In this document: piece by piece, positions 56,201 through 64,000 of the stretch
Numbering within the stretch: position 1 is the first letter of the stretch
How the letters are laid out: each line of letters opens with the position of its first letter
Virus record (IMG/VR): IMGVR_UViG_3300050821_004765
Span: 1 to 64,000 of that record
Length of the DNA: 64,000 nt
From: a virus
Strand: one strand, 5' to 3'
Notes under the pieces: generated by a model
What the model was told of the DNA's origin: nothing
Seen by the model: only the letters and a program-made list of their open reading frames with translations
Databases searched by the model: none
Program-made: the position numbers and the translations under genes

Positions 56201-58310
56201 ACCTACTGGATTAACTCAAGACCAATTTGCCGCAGAAGTTATCAACCAGGCAAAAGCCATGGGATTTAATGAAGAGCAAACTTTATCGGCTCTTGGTACT
56301 GGTTTACAAGAAACTGGACTGGGTACTAACCCAAGAACGAATGTACTTCAGAATCAAAATGGTACGCCAGATATTGGTGGCGCTTACCAACAAGATAGTA
56401 GTTACGACAAGTACGGAAACAAGCTAGACCCAAAGGTTGCAATTCATGGATTCCTTGACCAATTTAGAAGTCGTGGCCAAGGCTTAAATAATCCCAACCC
56501 TTGGAACCAAGCGCTTCGCGTGCAAGTCCCCGCTACTGTAGCTGGTGGCGGATATAATGATGCGCCGTCCGGCGAAATTGGCCCGGGCGATTACTTGCGA
56601 AATAGACAACGGCAAAATGCTCTAGGCATTTACAATCGATTGACAGCAGGTGGCGCTGCGCCTACGTCAGCCAATAATATACCAACTCGCAACGCATCCG
56701 ACTACGGCGGGGTAGCCCTCAATGACACAGAACACCCATTAGATCCTGGCGGTGGTGTTGCCGATAACCCCGCCAGCCAGGCAACGCGGGCGCAGCCGTT
56801 CCTTGGGGGCAGCACGGTAAGTGCTTATGACCGAGCCCGTAGTGCTGGTGCGTTTACTAGCCCACCGCTCTATGCGCCGGGGACAGACACCGGTGGCTAC
56901 GGGCACCCGGGCAAATTGCCTGCATGGATGACAGACTTGGGTAATAGGTTTGGGGTTATCCCAAGCACTTATCCTGAAGGTGGCACACTACACCAAGAGG
57001 GGTTCGCGACAGACTGGGTTGCGAAGCCCGGGGACAAAGACCCGGCTGGCACAATGGATAAGTTTGCTGACTTCATTATGAATAGCTTGATGAGTCAGAC
57101 TATGGAGCTTATCCACGCTAACTCAAAGCAAGGCAAAACTTGGGGAATATTTGCTGGCGAACCGGTTGGGCCTGGTACTAAGTACCCAGATTACAACAAA
57201 GGTGACTGGGCTGGCCACGATGACTATGGGCCAGAGCCGCACGTACACTGGGCTACGGATGTGGCGCCGCTGCTGAATGGTATGCCGCCGCAGGGCGGTT
57301 CGCCGCCTGCTGGCGGACCGGGAACTGGGCAGATGACACCATCTGGTGGCGCGTGGCTTACACCGGGCGGCAACGTAGTAACTACCAATCAGCAGACTAA
57401 TATGCCGGGTACTGGCCTGTTACCTGGTGGCGGAACGCCAGGTAATGGCTTACAGTCGGGTGGCGGTTCTTGGTTGGGTGGACAGAATAGCCAGCAACCC
57501 GGGCAAAGTGGTGGGACTTGGCTTGGTGGAATGGGCCAACAGAGCGTGCCTGGTGTCCCGCAGGCACCTACCCAAGCACCAATGTCTGGTATGCAAATTG
57601 CTACCCAGGCTATCCAGGGTGCCGGTAATATTGCGGATAGCATCTTTTCTAGTATCAACAGCGTAATTGATTCCATTGGTGCTGGTGCCGACTTAATTAA
57701 GAAAGCAGCTTTGCTACCCAAGGATACTCAGACTGTTATCAGTATGGTAAAGGATGTCCAACAATTTATTACAACTGGCGCACAGATTGCACAAACGACA
57801 TCGTCTGTCTTGGGAACGGTCAGTAGCTTTGTTGGTGCCGGTGCAAGTGCCGATCCCTCCGGCGGGGCAGCTGGAGCTGCGGCCGCTTTAGGTGCAGCCA
57901 GTAGCATTGCTGGACTTGTCGGTGACGCATTGTCAACTGTGAATATGGGTATTACTGCAGGTATTGATATTTACCAGCAAGTTACTAAATACATGGGTGA
58001 TATCGCTGGCTTTACGTTGGGTGGTAAAGCGACCGGTTGGCTTGGCGGCAATGTGAATATGTTGCTCAATACTAATAATGGATCGCTGTATACTTATAGC
58101 CAGAACGATCCACTCAATAAGAACGTATTGAACCCCGGTTTCCAGCAAGCTTATGATCACACCAATGCTCCACAGCAACTAACGCCGACGGTGGGTTCTG
58201 TAAATGTGTATGCTGGCCCGGGACAAACGACACAGCAAATGATGTCAGACACAATGTGGATGGTGGGTACTGGTGCACCTTCAGTGGTATCGGCAGCAGG
58301 TAAGACATGA
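53205..58310 (+). CDS. Tape measure protein with two putative muralytic domains
   Basis: 1701 aa; helical repeats; GLQETG..GAYQQ and H-x6-D...HVH motifs. Confidence 0.92.
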   Translation: MADEDLGTAHGQVKITADVSGALEASAAMAGLNTEGKTLQGTLGKTTDEMSRQEKQSQVSAASLSNLQSKHEGLRQRMQETADAAGKVRQAQADLDAVMLNVSSTTEEQRDALKNLTQVKRDATEAEKAQTLAADAFRRAMDNHNNTVGKSSIVQRAFSADARESARTMRTFGQSLDEAGEKLQEFDKRKDHTRENIRGFRRDWEDMVDSIGKFVKINSTKETLQGIADTISNVRNATLGVLAGGGLAGGLGLLLGGGTEGLVGMVASMTELVGLVGLLPGLLAGAGAGVATLAVGFHGVAESIGAMGDPMKFVESLRELGPVTRQAMVEIHSFYASFRGAMEEVQDSIFTPILNDIQPLVMTYLPMLMHAGQEIGAVFGQAGHLFAAWLETPETVQTIQQFLHNVAGGLQAALPAVQAFSNAFLTISAVGGGFFQQIGESVAAVAKEFNAFISSAAQSGKLQEFIQYGIDSFKVLMTNIKDVSEALFNIFSIGNQYGGGFLELFRNIGQEFLNWTKSIGGQRTIADFFQTITEAGKALHPILREVGSGLATVVSSIVHLGTDIAPSINVFFKDLNDALKILGPALIQSAPAFSEFVEAMGRLVLGVVQALGPNLPTFLKNFADAAIKLVGPATELAGALGELLGKLTPKEIEFIIGAVGAFNALGTVIPIVTGAVALLANPVGLVVAGIAALTAGLVYFYENNDGFKEWVDDVNAGIDELPDALSKVPSFFESMWDTVTKLIKGWWGDVSNWGEKLADDFAAGIRSGLTTVEDAVKDMFGIPVSHGKPGSPTEEGPLSDTWSDTWGAQFSHDYASGIASGQGEVAAAASGVAGAAKDQFSTSGNTVAVGGEYHAGSSGFDQWIKRLTSDMKAVSNIAHEVISTGLGAASDVLKGVKLFAELWKGGVNPLTAPGGFDQGDKPLIPQAAYQGQFDVPNVPKASPYGQLSATDTTVPATGSGPTTGTYVPPSAKGPASDTPPTTPVAPTGGAVAPAGGQVGPTGLTQDQFAAEVINQAKAMGFNEEQTLSALGTGLQETGLGTNPRTNVLQNQNGTPDIGGAYQQDSSYDKYGNKLDPKVAIHGFLDQFRSRGQGLNNPNPWNQALRVQVPATVAGGGYNDAPSGEIGPGDYLRNRQRQNALGIYNRLTAGGAAPTSANNIPTRNASDYGGVALNDTEHPLDPGGGVADNPASQATRAQPFLGGSTVSAYDRARSAGAFTSPPLYAPGTDTGGYGHPGKLPAWMTDLGNRFGVIPSTYPEGGTLHQEGFATDWVAKPGDKDPAGTMDKFADFIMNSLMSQTMELIHANSKQGKTWGIFAGEPVGPGTKYPDYNKGDWAGHDDYGPEPHVHWATDVAPLLNGMPPQGGSPPAGGPGTGQMTPSGGAWLTPGGNVVTTNQQTNMPGTGLLPGGGTPGNGLQSGGGSWLGGQNSQQPGQSGGTWLGGMGQQSVPGVPQAPTQAPMSGMQIATQAIQGAGNIADSIFSSINSVIDSIGAGADLIKKAALLPKDTQTVISMVKDVQQFITTGAQIAQTTSSVLGTVSSFVGAGASADPSGGAAGAAAALGAASSIAGLVGDALSTVNMGITAGIDIYQQVTKYMGDIAGFTLGGKATGWLGGNVNMLLNTNNGSLYTYSQNDPLNKNVLNPGFQQAYDHTNAPQQLTPTVGSVNVYAGPGQTTQQMMSDTMWMVGTGAPSVVSAAGKT

Positions 58311-59293
58311 CCGGGCCAACTAACCCAGACACTGGACAGGCGAACCCTAACACAAGCGGGAACCCGCCTGGGCCCGGACCTTACCAGCCTATTGAGCAAC
58401 AAACAACGGTAGCTTCTGCACTAAACTTGCGGCCATTCCAATATCAGATTGGCGGCTTAGTATTTGGTAGACATACCAATATGGTAGTTAGCAAAGTTGA
58501 TATTCAAACTTATAACGTCAATGCTGAAGACTTCCAGATCATTAGGACAAATGAAAGATCATTCGGTGTTGATACTCTGTCACCTGGCAGTTTGGTATTC
58601 ACGCTCGGCGCTTTGGATAATCGACCTATTAACTTTGCTGCCGCAATAGACTATGACTTACTCCCATTGATGCTTGGTTACAAATCCCAAGCTATGCTAT
58701 CCGATTTCCTTATGGAGTGGAAGGCCAATGATGTATTCCCTAACTGGGGTGAAACTAAACCAATTTACTTTGCTGACCGAGATGGCGTCACCAAGCGTAT
58801 TTATGGACGTCCAGGTAAAGTCACATACTCGCGGTCTACCACCAAGAACGCTTTTTGGAATGTGCAGGCCGAGTATAGACGTGCAGATACATACGTCTAC
58901 AGCGATGTAGAATATTTCGTTGGCCCAATCTATCCAGGGCAAGCTCCGGTATTTGCATCTAGGCAGGATGGCGATGGCCCCGCATGGATGCGTATTCTTT
59001 TCACGGGGCCATTCAACCACCCTGTGATGACATATGGAGAAAACGTTCTCGAGGTTGGTGTACAAGAAGCGGATGGATCTGTTCTTGAAGTTAACAGCTA
59101 TCCCTGGGAGCGTCGTGTCATTGATAGTAATGGCATCAACTGGCGATCACAGTTGCTAGGGGAGACAGTATATTTGGATCAATTACAATTCCCGGTCGGC
59201 ACGACTTGGCCGATCAGCTGGGTACAGGAAGGCACAGCTAACTCTGATACCGCAGCATACTTCTGTTGGCGCGAATCATACAATATGATGTGA
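58307..59293 (+). CDS. Minor tail protein (Dit-like)
   Basis: Follows the tape measure; RIYGRP, C-terminal WRESY. Confidence 0.7.
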   Translation: MTGPTNPDTGQANPNTSGNPPGPGPYQPIEQQTTVASALNLRPFQYQIGGLVFGRHTNMVVSKVDIQTYNVNAEDFQIIRTNERSFGVDTLSPGSLVFTLGALDNRPINFAAAIDYDLLPLMLGYKSQAMLSDFLMEWKANDVFPNWGETKPIYFADRDGVTKRIYGRPGKVTYSRSTTKNAFWNVQAEYRRADTYVYSDVEYFVGPIYPGQAPVFASRQDGDGPAWMRILFTGPFNHPVMTYGENVLEVGVQEADGSVLEVNSYPWERRVIDSNGINWRSQLLGETVYLDQLQFPVGTTWPISWVQEGTANSDTAAYFCWRESYNMM

Positions 59294-59294
59294 T

Positions 59295-61223
59295 ATGACT
59301 ATTCAAATTGTGCAAGAGAAAGTTATTGGGCAATCCAATAATACTGGAGCGATTAGCTTTAGTTTTGCTAGTGCGGTTACCCTTGGCAATACTGTAGTAG
59401 TTGTAGTTGCTTGTTCCAATAGCGACGCATACCCAATGGCAGCAAGCAACTGCTTCCTCGGCTACGAGCTAGTACCCGGTACATTTGCCGTTTGGGATCC
59501 GGGTAATAGTGCCGGTATCAATGAAGCTGTTGATGAAGGCATCTTTGCTACTTGCTGGGTGCTACCAAATTGCCCCGCCGGTAATGGTATCACATTGAGC
59601 ATTGCCAATATGGAATATATCAACGAGATAGTTGCCTATGAAATTAGTGGACTAGGCAACTCACCAATCGTTGACCAGTTTATTTTCAATTCTGGTGCTA
59701 CTGGCAATATTAACTCTGGTGAAACCCAAGGATCTACATTTGCACCGGAGATTGCCATTGGCGTTGGTATGGCGCTCAACGGCGGCGCACAAGCGCCGAG
59801 TGGCGACACAACTTGGACTGCAGTTGAGGCGTCTGGAGAGACGTACGCGCGAATTGGCTACACCGTAGCTACATCTACTGCGACTAAGTTCTCTTGGGTT
59901 GAGACCATTAGCAGCGGCCCTTGGGTTTCCGGTATCGTTAGCCTGTACGCTGCACCCCTAACTGGTACCGTACAGCCTGCGAGTATTCCTACTGGCGATG
60001 AAGGTAAGTTTCGTTTCATTGTGGAGGAAGCAGTAACTGGTAAGATTCTTACGCGGGATCTCAATGTCACCAAGCCTAAGCTGCTACGCGCATTAAGCGG
60101 CCCGTGTAAAATTGAGTTCGATGTTGACTACCGCGATCTATCTGCCATTGGTATTGGGTTCAATCCGTGGGGGCACTGGATTCATGTGGAAAAAGAAATC
60201 TATGGCGAACGTAAGATTTGGTGCAGTGGTATTGTACAGCCCGGTAAGGTAGACAAGAAGACCGGTGTCTTGCACCTACAAGCTCAGGGGTTCGCTGGAT
60301 ATCCAAAAGGTATTCCGTGGCTAGAGAATTGGAACCCCCTTACCGTCGACCCGTTCCAAGTTGTTCAAAAGATTTGGCATCATCTACAGAGTTATAGCAA
60401 TGGCAATCTTGGGGTAACAGTTTACCCGTCTATTGCCGGACTCGAAATGCTACCGGGTTATGCGTTCGATGGCAATATCATGAACCTGGACTTCTTTGCT
60501 GAGTATATTCGTGCAGAAGACAAGAACGACTGTGGCGATTACATCAATACTCTTGCACAAAATATTCCTTTTGACTATGTCGAATATAGTAATTGGAATG
60601 ATGACTACTCGGCAATCCAGAAGTCAATATTCCTTGGCTATCCTAAGGCTGGTGTACAGCAAGACTACTTATCATTTGTCATCAATGAAAATGTTATGGA
60701 GGCACTACCATATGTGGAAGCTCAAATTGACTGGGCTAGTGATGTTATTATTGACGGTTGGTTCCCCGGCAGTGAGTACAGCGCAACCTTCACTAATCCC
60801 CTCCCCAACAGATATCGTCGCGTGCTTACCGAAGATGAAGCTAGAATCAACAGCAACGAAATCGCAGCAGCTTGGGCTCAGCGTAAGTTGTCAAAGCGAC
60901 AAACCCCTGCCTACTGGTCCGATATTGTTACCATCTTGGGGCACCCAAATGCCCCATTTGGATCCTACGACGTAGGCGATGATATTTGGGTCACTGGCTA
61001 TATGCCATGGGTCGGTGACGTCAACCAGCTTCATAAGATCCTCGCAATTCAAGTAAATGAAGACCAAGGCACCTGTGAGTTAACGCTCATGGCTGAAGGC
61101 GCATTCAACTATGCGCCGGTATACTATCAGGGTAGCATTAGTGGTTCTACAACTATGGTTGAAAGCGCCACACCAAATGTAACTGTCGCCACTTATGCCG
61201 CACAGATTGGACCGGGCAGTTGA
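59295..61223 (+). CDS. Minor tail/hub protein with extra N-terminal beta-rich domain
   Basis: Position; RALSGP, DVGDDI. Confidence 0.7.
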   Translation: MTIQIVQEKVIGQSNNTGAISFSFASAVTLGNTVVVVVACSNSDAYPMAASNCFLGYELVPGTFAVWDPGNSAGINEAVDEGIFATCWVLPNCPAGNGITLSIANMEYINEIVAYEISGLGNSPIVDQFIFNSGATGNINSGETQGSTFAPEIAIGVGMALNGGAQAPSGDTTWTAVEASGETYARIGYTVATSTATKFSWVETISSGPWVSGIVSLYAAPLTGTVQPASIPTGDEGKFRFIVEEAVTGKILTRDLNVTKPKLLRALSGPCKIEFDVDYRDLSAIGIGFNPWGHWIHVEKEIYGERKIWCSGIVQPGKVDKKTGVLHLQAQGFAGYPKGIPWLENWNPLTVDPFQVVQKIWHHLQSYSNGNLGVTVYPSIAGLEMLPGYAFDGNIMNLDFFAEYIRAEDKNDCGDYINTLAQNIPFDYVEYSNWNDDYSAIQKSIFLGYPKAGVQQDYLSFVINENVMEALPYVEAQIDWASDVIIDGWFPGSEYSATFTNPLPNRYRRVLTEDEARINSNEIAAAWAQRKLSKRQTPAYWSDIVTILGHPNAPFGSYDVGDDIWVTGYMPWVGDVNQLHKILAIQVNEDQGTCELTLMAEGAFNYAPVYYQGSISGSTTMVESATPNVTVATYAAQIGPGS

Positions 61224-61717
61224 CCACAGGAGGCACAGGCCCAGTTATTGGGCCGAGTAACCCAATCAACAGGCCGCTTGACCTGTATGGCAAATTCTTT
61301 CAGAGCCTATTCGCTGGAGCGGTCGACTTTGTTGATGACCCAGTCTACTGCATGCTATGTACGAGTAGCTATACCCCCAACCAGGATTCACACCAATATA
61401 AATCAGATGTAACAAATGAGGTTGTTGGCAGCGGCTACTTTGAAGGTGGCCAAGCCCTCACGGGTGTTGAGGCGTTATATCAAGTCTCAGGTTCACTAAA
61501 GCAGCTTGTGGTTACGGCGGGGAACTTGGTTTGGCCCAGCGTTACCTTTTCTGCTGCTTATGCCATTTTGTACATGAACTCTGCCGTGCCGGAAACCCAA
61601 CAGCCACTGATCGGCTACATGAACTTCCAAGGTACACAGTCACCGGCTGACGAAGCCTTCTATATTAACTGGGCAAGTGCCGGGGTGTTTACACTTACCA
61701 TCCCGGTGGCGACATGA
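61220..61717 (+). CDS. Minor tail protein
   Basis: YTPNQDSHQY..DVTNEV.G.GY..GG motif. Confidence 0.7.
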   Translation: MTTGGTGPVIGPSNPINRPLDLYGKFFQSLFAGAVDFVDDPVYCMLCTSSYTPNQDSHQYKSDVTNEVVGSGYFEGGQALTGVEALYQVSGSLKQLVVTAGNLVWPSVTFSAAYAILYMNSAVPETQQPLIGYMNFQGTQSPADEAFYINWASAGVFTLTIPVAT

Positions 61718-63615
61718 CTGGACCGCTTTATCCTGGTGCCACAAGTTCTTCGCAGCAGACATATGCACTTAGTCAGATCGACTCAACGAAGTACCCAGAT
61801 ACCAATAAAGACTTTGAAGCGAATATGGGTCGCCTTAACACTTGGGTCGACTACATTGCTTCTTATCTGCAGACGATGCAGAAAGGTATTGACCAAGCCA
61901 ACCAGGATGCGCTCCAAAAAGTACAGAGTTTAGTATCTGGTATCGAGGAAATGTTCGCTGGTGGACAAGGCCTCTTTGGCATTGACCTTGGCAATCTACA
62001 ATATTATCTCCCCGCCATCGGTGCGCTCCTTGGATTTAATACCACAGATCCATTCCCGATCAACCTATTTGATGCAGCAGAGAACTTCTTTCTTGGTTAC
62101 ATTGTACCTTTGAGTAGTTTCGCTTCAACAATCAATGGGTTCATCACCCCCATCCTTGAAGACTTTGGTATTAATGCCAATTTCATTCAAGCAGCGCAAA
62201 ACCTTATCAACGCATTCCAGAATGTAACGAATGATGTTGAATCATTCCTGTCTAATATGTGGAATGTACTCACCGTCTTCGGCGTCACATCTGGTGGACT
62301 TAGTCCGTTCTCTGATTTGTGGCACGCGATAACAACATTGCTTGGTGGCTTCAGTCTTACCAACCTTGGTGCAATTACCAACCCGATCTTCTTGGCGCTC
62401 GCGCCTTGGGTACAAGACTTGGCCGACTTGGTCAACACTATCGGCGATGCCATTACTGCTATCGAGAACATCACCAACCCATTTGGGCAACTGCTACAGA
62501 ACTTCCTATCATTCACTAACATATTCGGTTGGCTCAATATTCCGGGTGCTAACTTTAGCAACTTTAGCGAGTGGTTCCAGATACCAGGCCTAACTGCAAT
62601 TAGCAATCTAATTGTCAATGTATCCACTGCGCTTGCCAACTTAGTAGACTTGTTATTCAATAAAATCACAGGCTCCAATGCGAGCGGTGTGTCATATGGT
62701 CTGCTTGGCGATGCCGTTAAAGGTCTGGCCGATCTTATCCAGAATGCCATGAATGGTATCGACACGATCCTGAATGTTGTAGGCAAACTATTCGGTATGG
62801 TGCAACAACTCGTTGATGACATTCTCAATATACCAATCTTCAAAGGCATAGAAGATCTACTCAACAATATTGAGGGCGCCATATCTGGTTGGTGGAACAA
62901 TATTGTTCAAAGTCTTACCGGCCAGAACCCGGGTACTGCTGCCAACACTACCCAGATCAATGCACTCTGGACCCAAGCCCTTAATGCTGGCGGGGTTAGT
63001 ATCTCCCAGAACTTTTCCTATGGTACAGCATTATCTTCAAGTTGGGGCGTCGTTGAAACGTACGCGCTCCCAACCGTTAGTGGTGCGGGCACTCAAGACT
63101 TTGTCTATGACGTCAATGGCAATATGCACTATGCAATATACAAGACGCCCTTGGCAACCCAGAATAACTATGTGTCATGTATTGTTAAGTATTTTGGCTC
63201 TAACGTTTATGGCCCGGTCCACCTAATACTTTGTGCACAATATAACACAACAACAACTACGCTTGGCGAATATGTAGTCCTTGAATTTGACCATCAGTGG
63301 TACGGTAACTTCTTGCGAATTGTGTCATACACTGGTCCTGGTACTGGTCGTGTTGTTCAAGCAACGGGTAGCCCGAGCGTTAATGTAGGTGATGTACTTG
63401 GTATTGCATATGATGAAGCAGAGAATACATTTGCAATGTTCCGCAATGAACAACAGGTAGGCCAAACCTGGACGGATACGGGTAATATTATCAACCATAG
63501 TACCGGCTACCTTTATACAGGACTTGTGACGAACGCATCTGGTTTATATTACAACGGTGCCAGCCCAGACTGGGGAACTGGTATCGGGCAGTTTGTGGCG
63601 TACGATGCCGTATAG
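61714..63615 (+). CDS. Minor tail protein with C-terminal beta-sandwich (possible receptor binding)
   Basis: Amphipathic helical stalk plus C-terminal beta-rich domain. Confidence 0.7.
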   Translation: MTGPLYPGATSSSQQTYALSQIDSTKYPDTNKDFEANMGRLNTWVDYIASYLQTMQKGIDQANQDALQKVQSLVSGIEEMFAGGQGLFGIDLGNLQYYLPAIGALLGFNTTDPFPINLFDAAENFFLGYIVPLSSFASTINGFITPILEDFGINANFIQAAQNLINAFQNVTNDVESFLSNMWNVLTVFGVTSGGLSPFSDLWHAITTLLGGFSLTNLGAITNPIFLALAPWVQDLADLVNTIGDAITAIENITNPFGQLLQNFLSFTNIFGWLNIPGANFSNFSEWFQIPGLTAISNLIVNVSTALANLVDLLFNKITGSNASGVSYGLLGDAVKGLADLIQNAMNGIDTILNVVGKLFGMVQQLVDDILNIPIFKGIEDLLNNIEGAISGWWNNIVQSLTGQNPGTAANTTQINALWTQALNAGGVSISQNFSYGTALSSSWGVVETYALPTVSGAGTQDFVYDVNGNMHYAIYKTPLATQNNYVSCIVKYFGSNVYGPVHLILCAQYNTTTTTLGEYVVLEFDHQWYGNFLRIVSYTGPGTGRVVQATGSPSVNVGDVLGIAYDEAENTFAMFRNEQQVGQTWTDTGNIINHSTGYLYTGLVTNASGLYYNGASPDWGTGIGQFVAYDAV

Positions 63616-64000
63616 CTTCGGTATCAATGTCTCAGATGCTTGGGTGCAAACTCAGCCACAACTTTACACGCAGAACAATGCCTTTGAAAAGCTCGAGCAG
63701 CTAAACCTAGGCATGTGGCGGATGGTGATTCCATATGGACTCGTTTGCACAAACTTACAGCCAGGACCTTATGAAGGCACCTCCAGTTCTGGCGACGTTA
63801 TCACAGCCACCATCACCGGTAGCGGATATGTTGGAACGTCAACTAGTCCACCAAATACAAATGGATCACTTAATGTCCAGGCGGTTGCTTACGGCTCTGG
63901 GGTAGTCACGAGCTTTGCTCCGGGTATGCGTGGACGGGACTGGAGTCTTGTCGACGCTGCCGTTAATAACATTCGCTTGAATGTAGGCTGTGACATTCTT
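63605..64000 (+). CDS. Partial ORF, glycoside hydrolase clan-A-like N-terminus
   Basis: Hand translation: FGINV...LNLGMWRMVIPY...DWSLVDAAVNNIR..GCDIL; runs off the edge. Confidence 0.5.
   Translation, partial: MPYSFGINVSDAWVQTQPQLYTQNNAFEKLEQLNLGMWRMVIPYGLVCTNLQPGPYEGTSSSGDVITATITGSGYVGTSTSPPNTNGSLNVQAVAYGSGVVTSFAPGMRGRDWSLVDAAVNNIRLNVGCDIL

Noticed and set aside
56790-58050. FLGG/WLGG strings in the tape measure as JAB sites
   Set aside because: Gly-rich low-complexity region makes chance matches likely; they lack the LFxF and DG context
1-64000. Integrated prophage with host flanks
   Set aside because: No integrase, att site or host housekeeping genes seen; the entire window has phage organisation

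Overview
This window is most of the genome of a siphoviral actinobacteriophage. The host is probably Mycobacterium-like, judged from PE-PPE, DUF732-like and TylF-like genes. No integrase or lysin is visible in the window. Bases 1-33.4 kb are transcribed leftward: primase-polymerase, RuvC-like resolvase, ThyX, a DnaE split in two by an HNH gene, a flavoprotein plus MazG/Nmad1-like pair, SSB/Sak4-like/RecB-like recombination genes, a TylF-like methyltransferase, an SNF2 helicase and many small accessory ORFs. Bases 33.7-64 kb are transcribed rightward: small basic proteins, terminase, portal, two proteases, scaffold, capsid and tail genes. Two signals stand out. (1) A 1.5-kb self-contained leftward unit (32124-33640) has only 6 TG dinucleotides on its template strand by hand count, 4 of them forced by His/Gln codons. 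Phage promoters across the window also replace TTGACA with TG/CA-free hexamers (TAGACT, TTTACT), and shorter TG/CA-poor islands appear to recur about every 3-4 kb. Together this suggests an undescribed TG-context DNA modification, or a CA-specific RNase pressure, with an unmodified early cassette. (2) Scaffold and major capsid protein share an N-terminal LFxFWGG-DGxR motif directly downstream of a JAB/MPN metalloprotease and near a papain-like protease, suggesting head maturation by di-glycine cleavage. All family assignments are by-eye motif recognition, not database searches.
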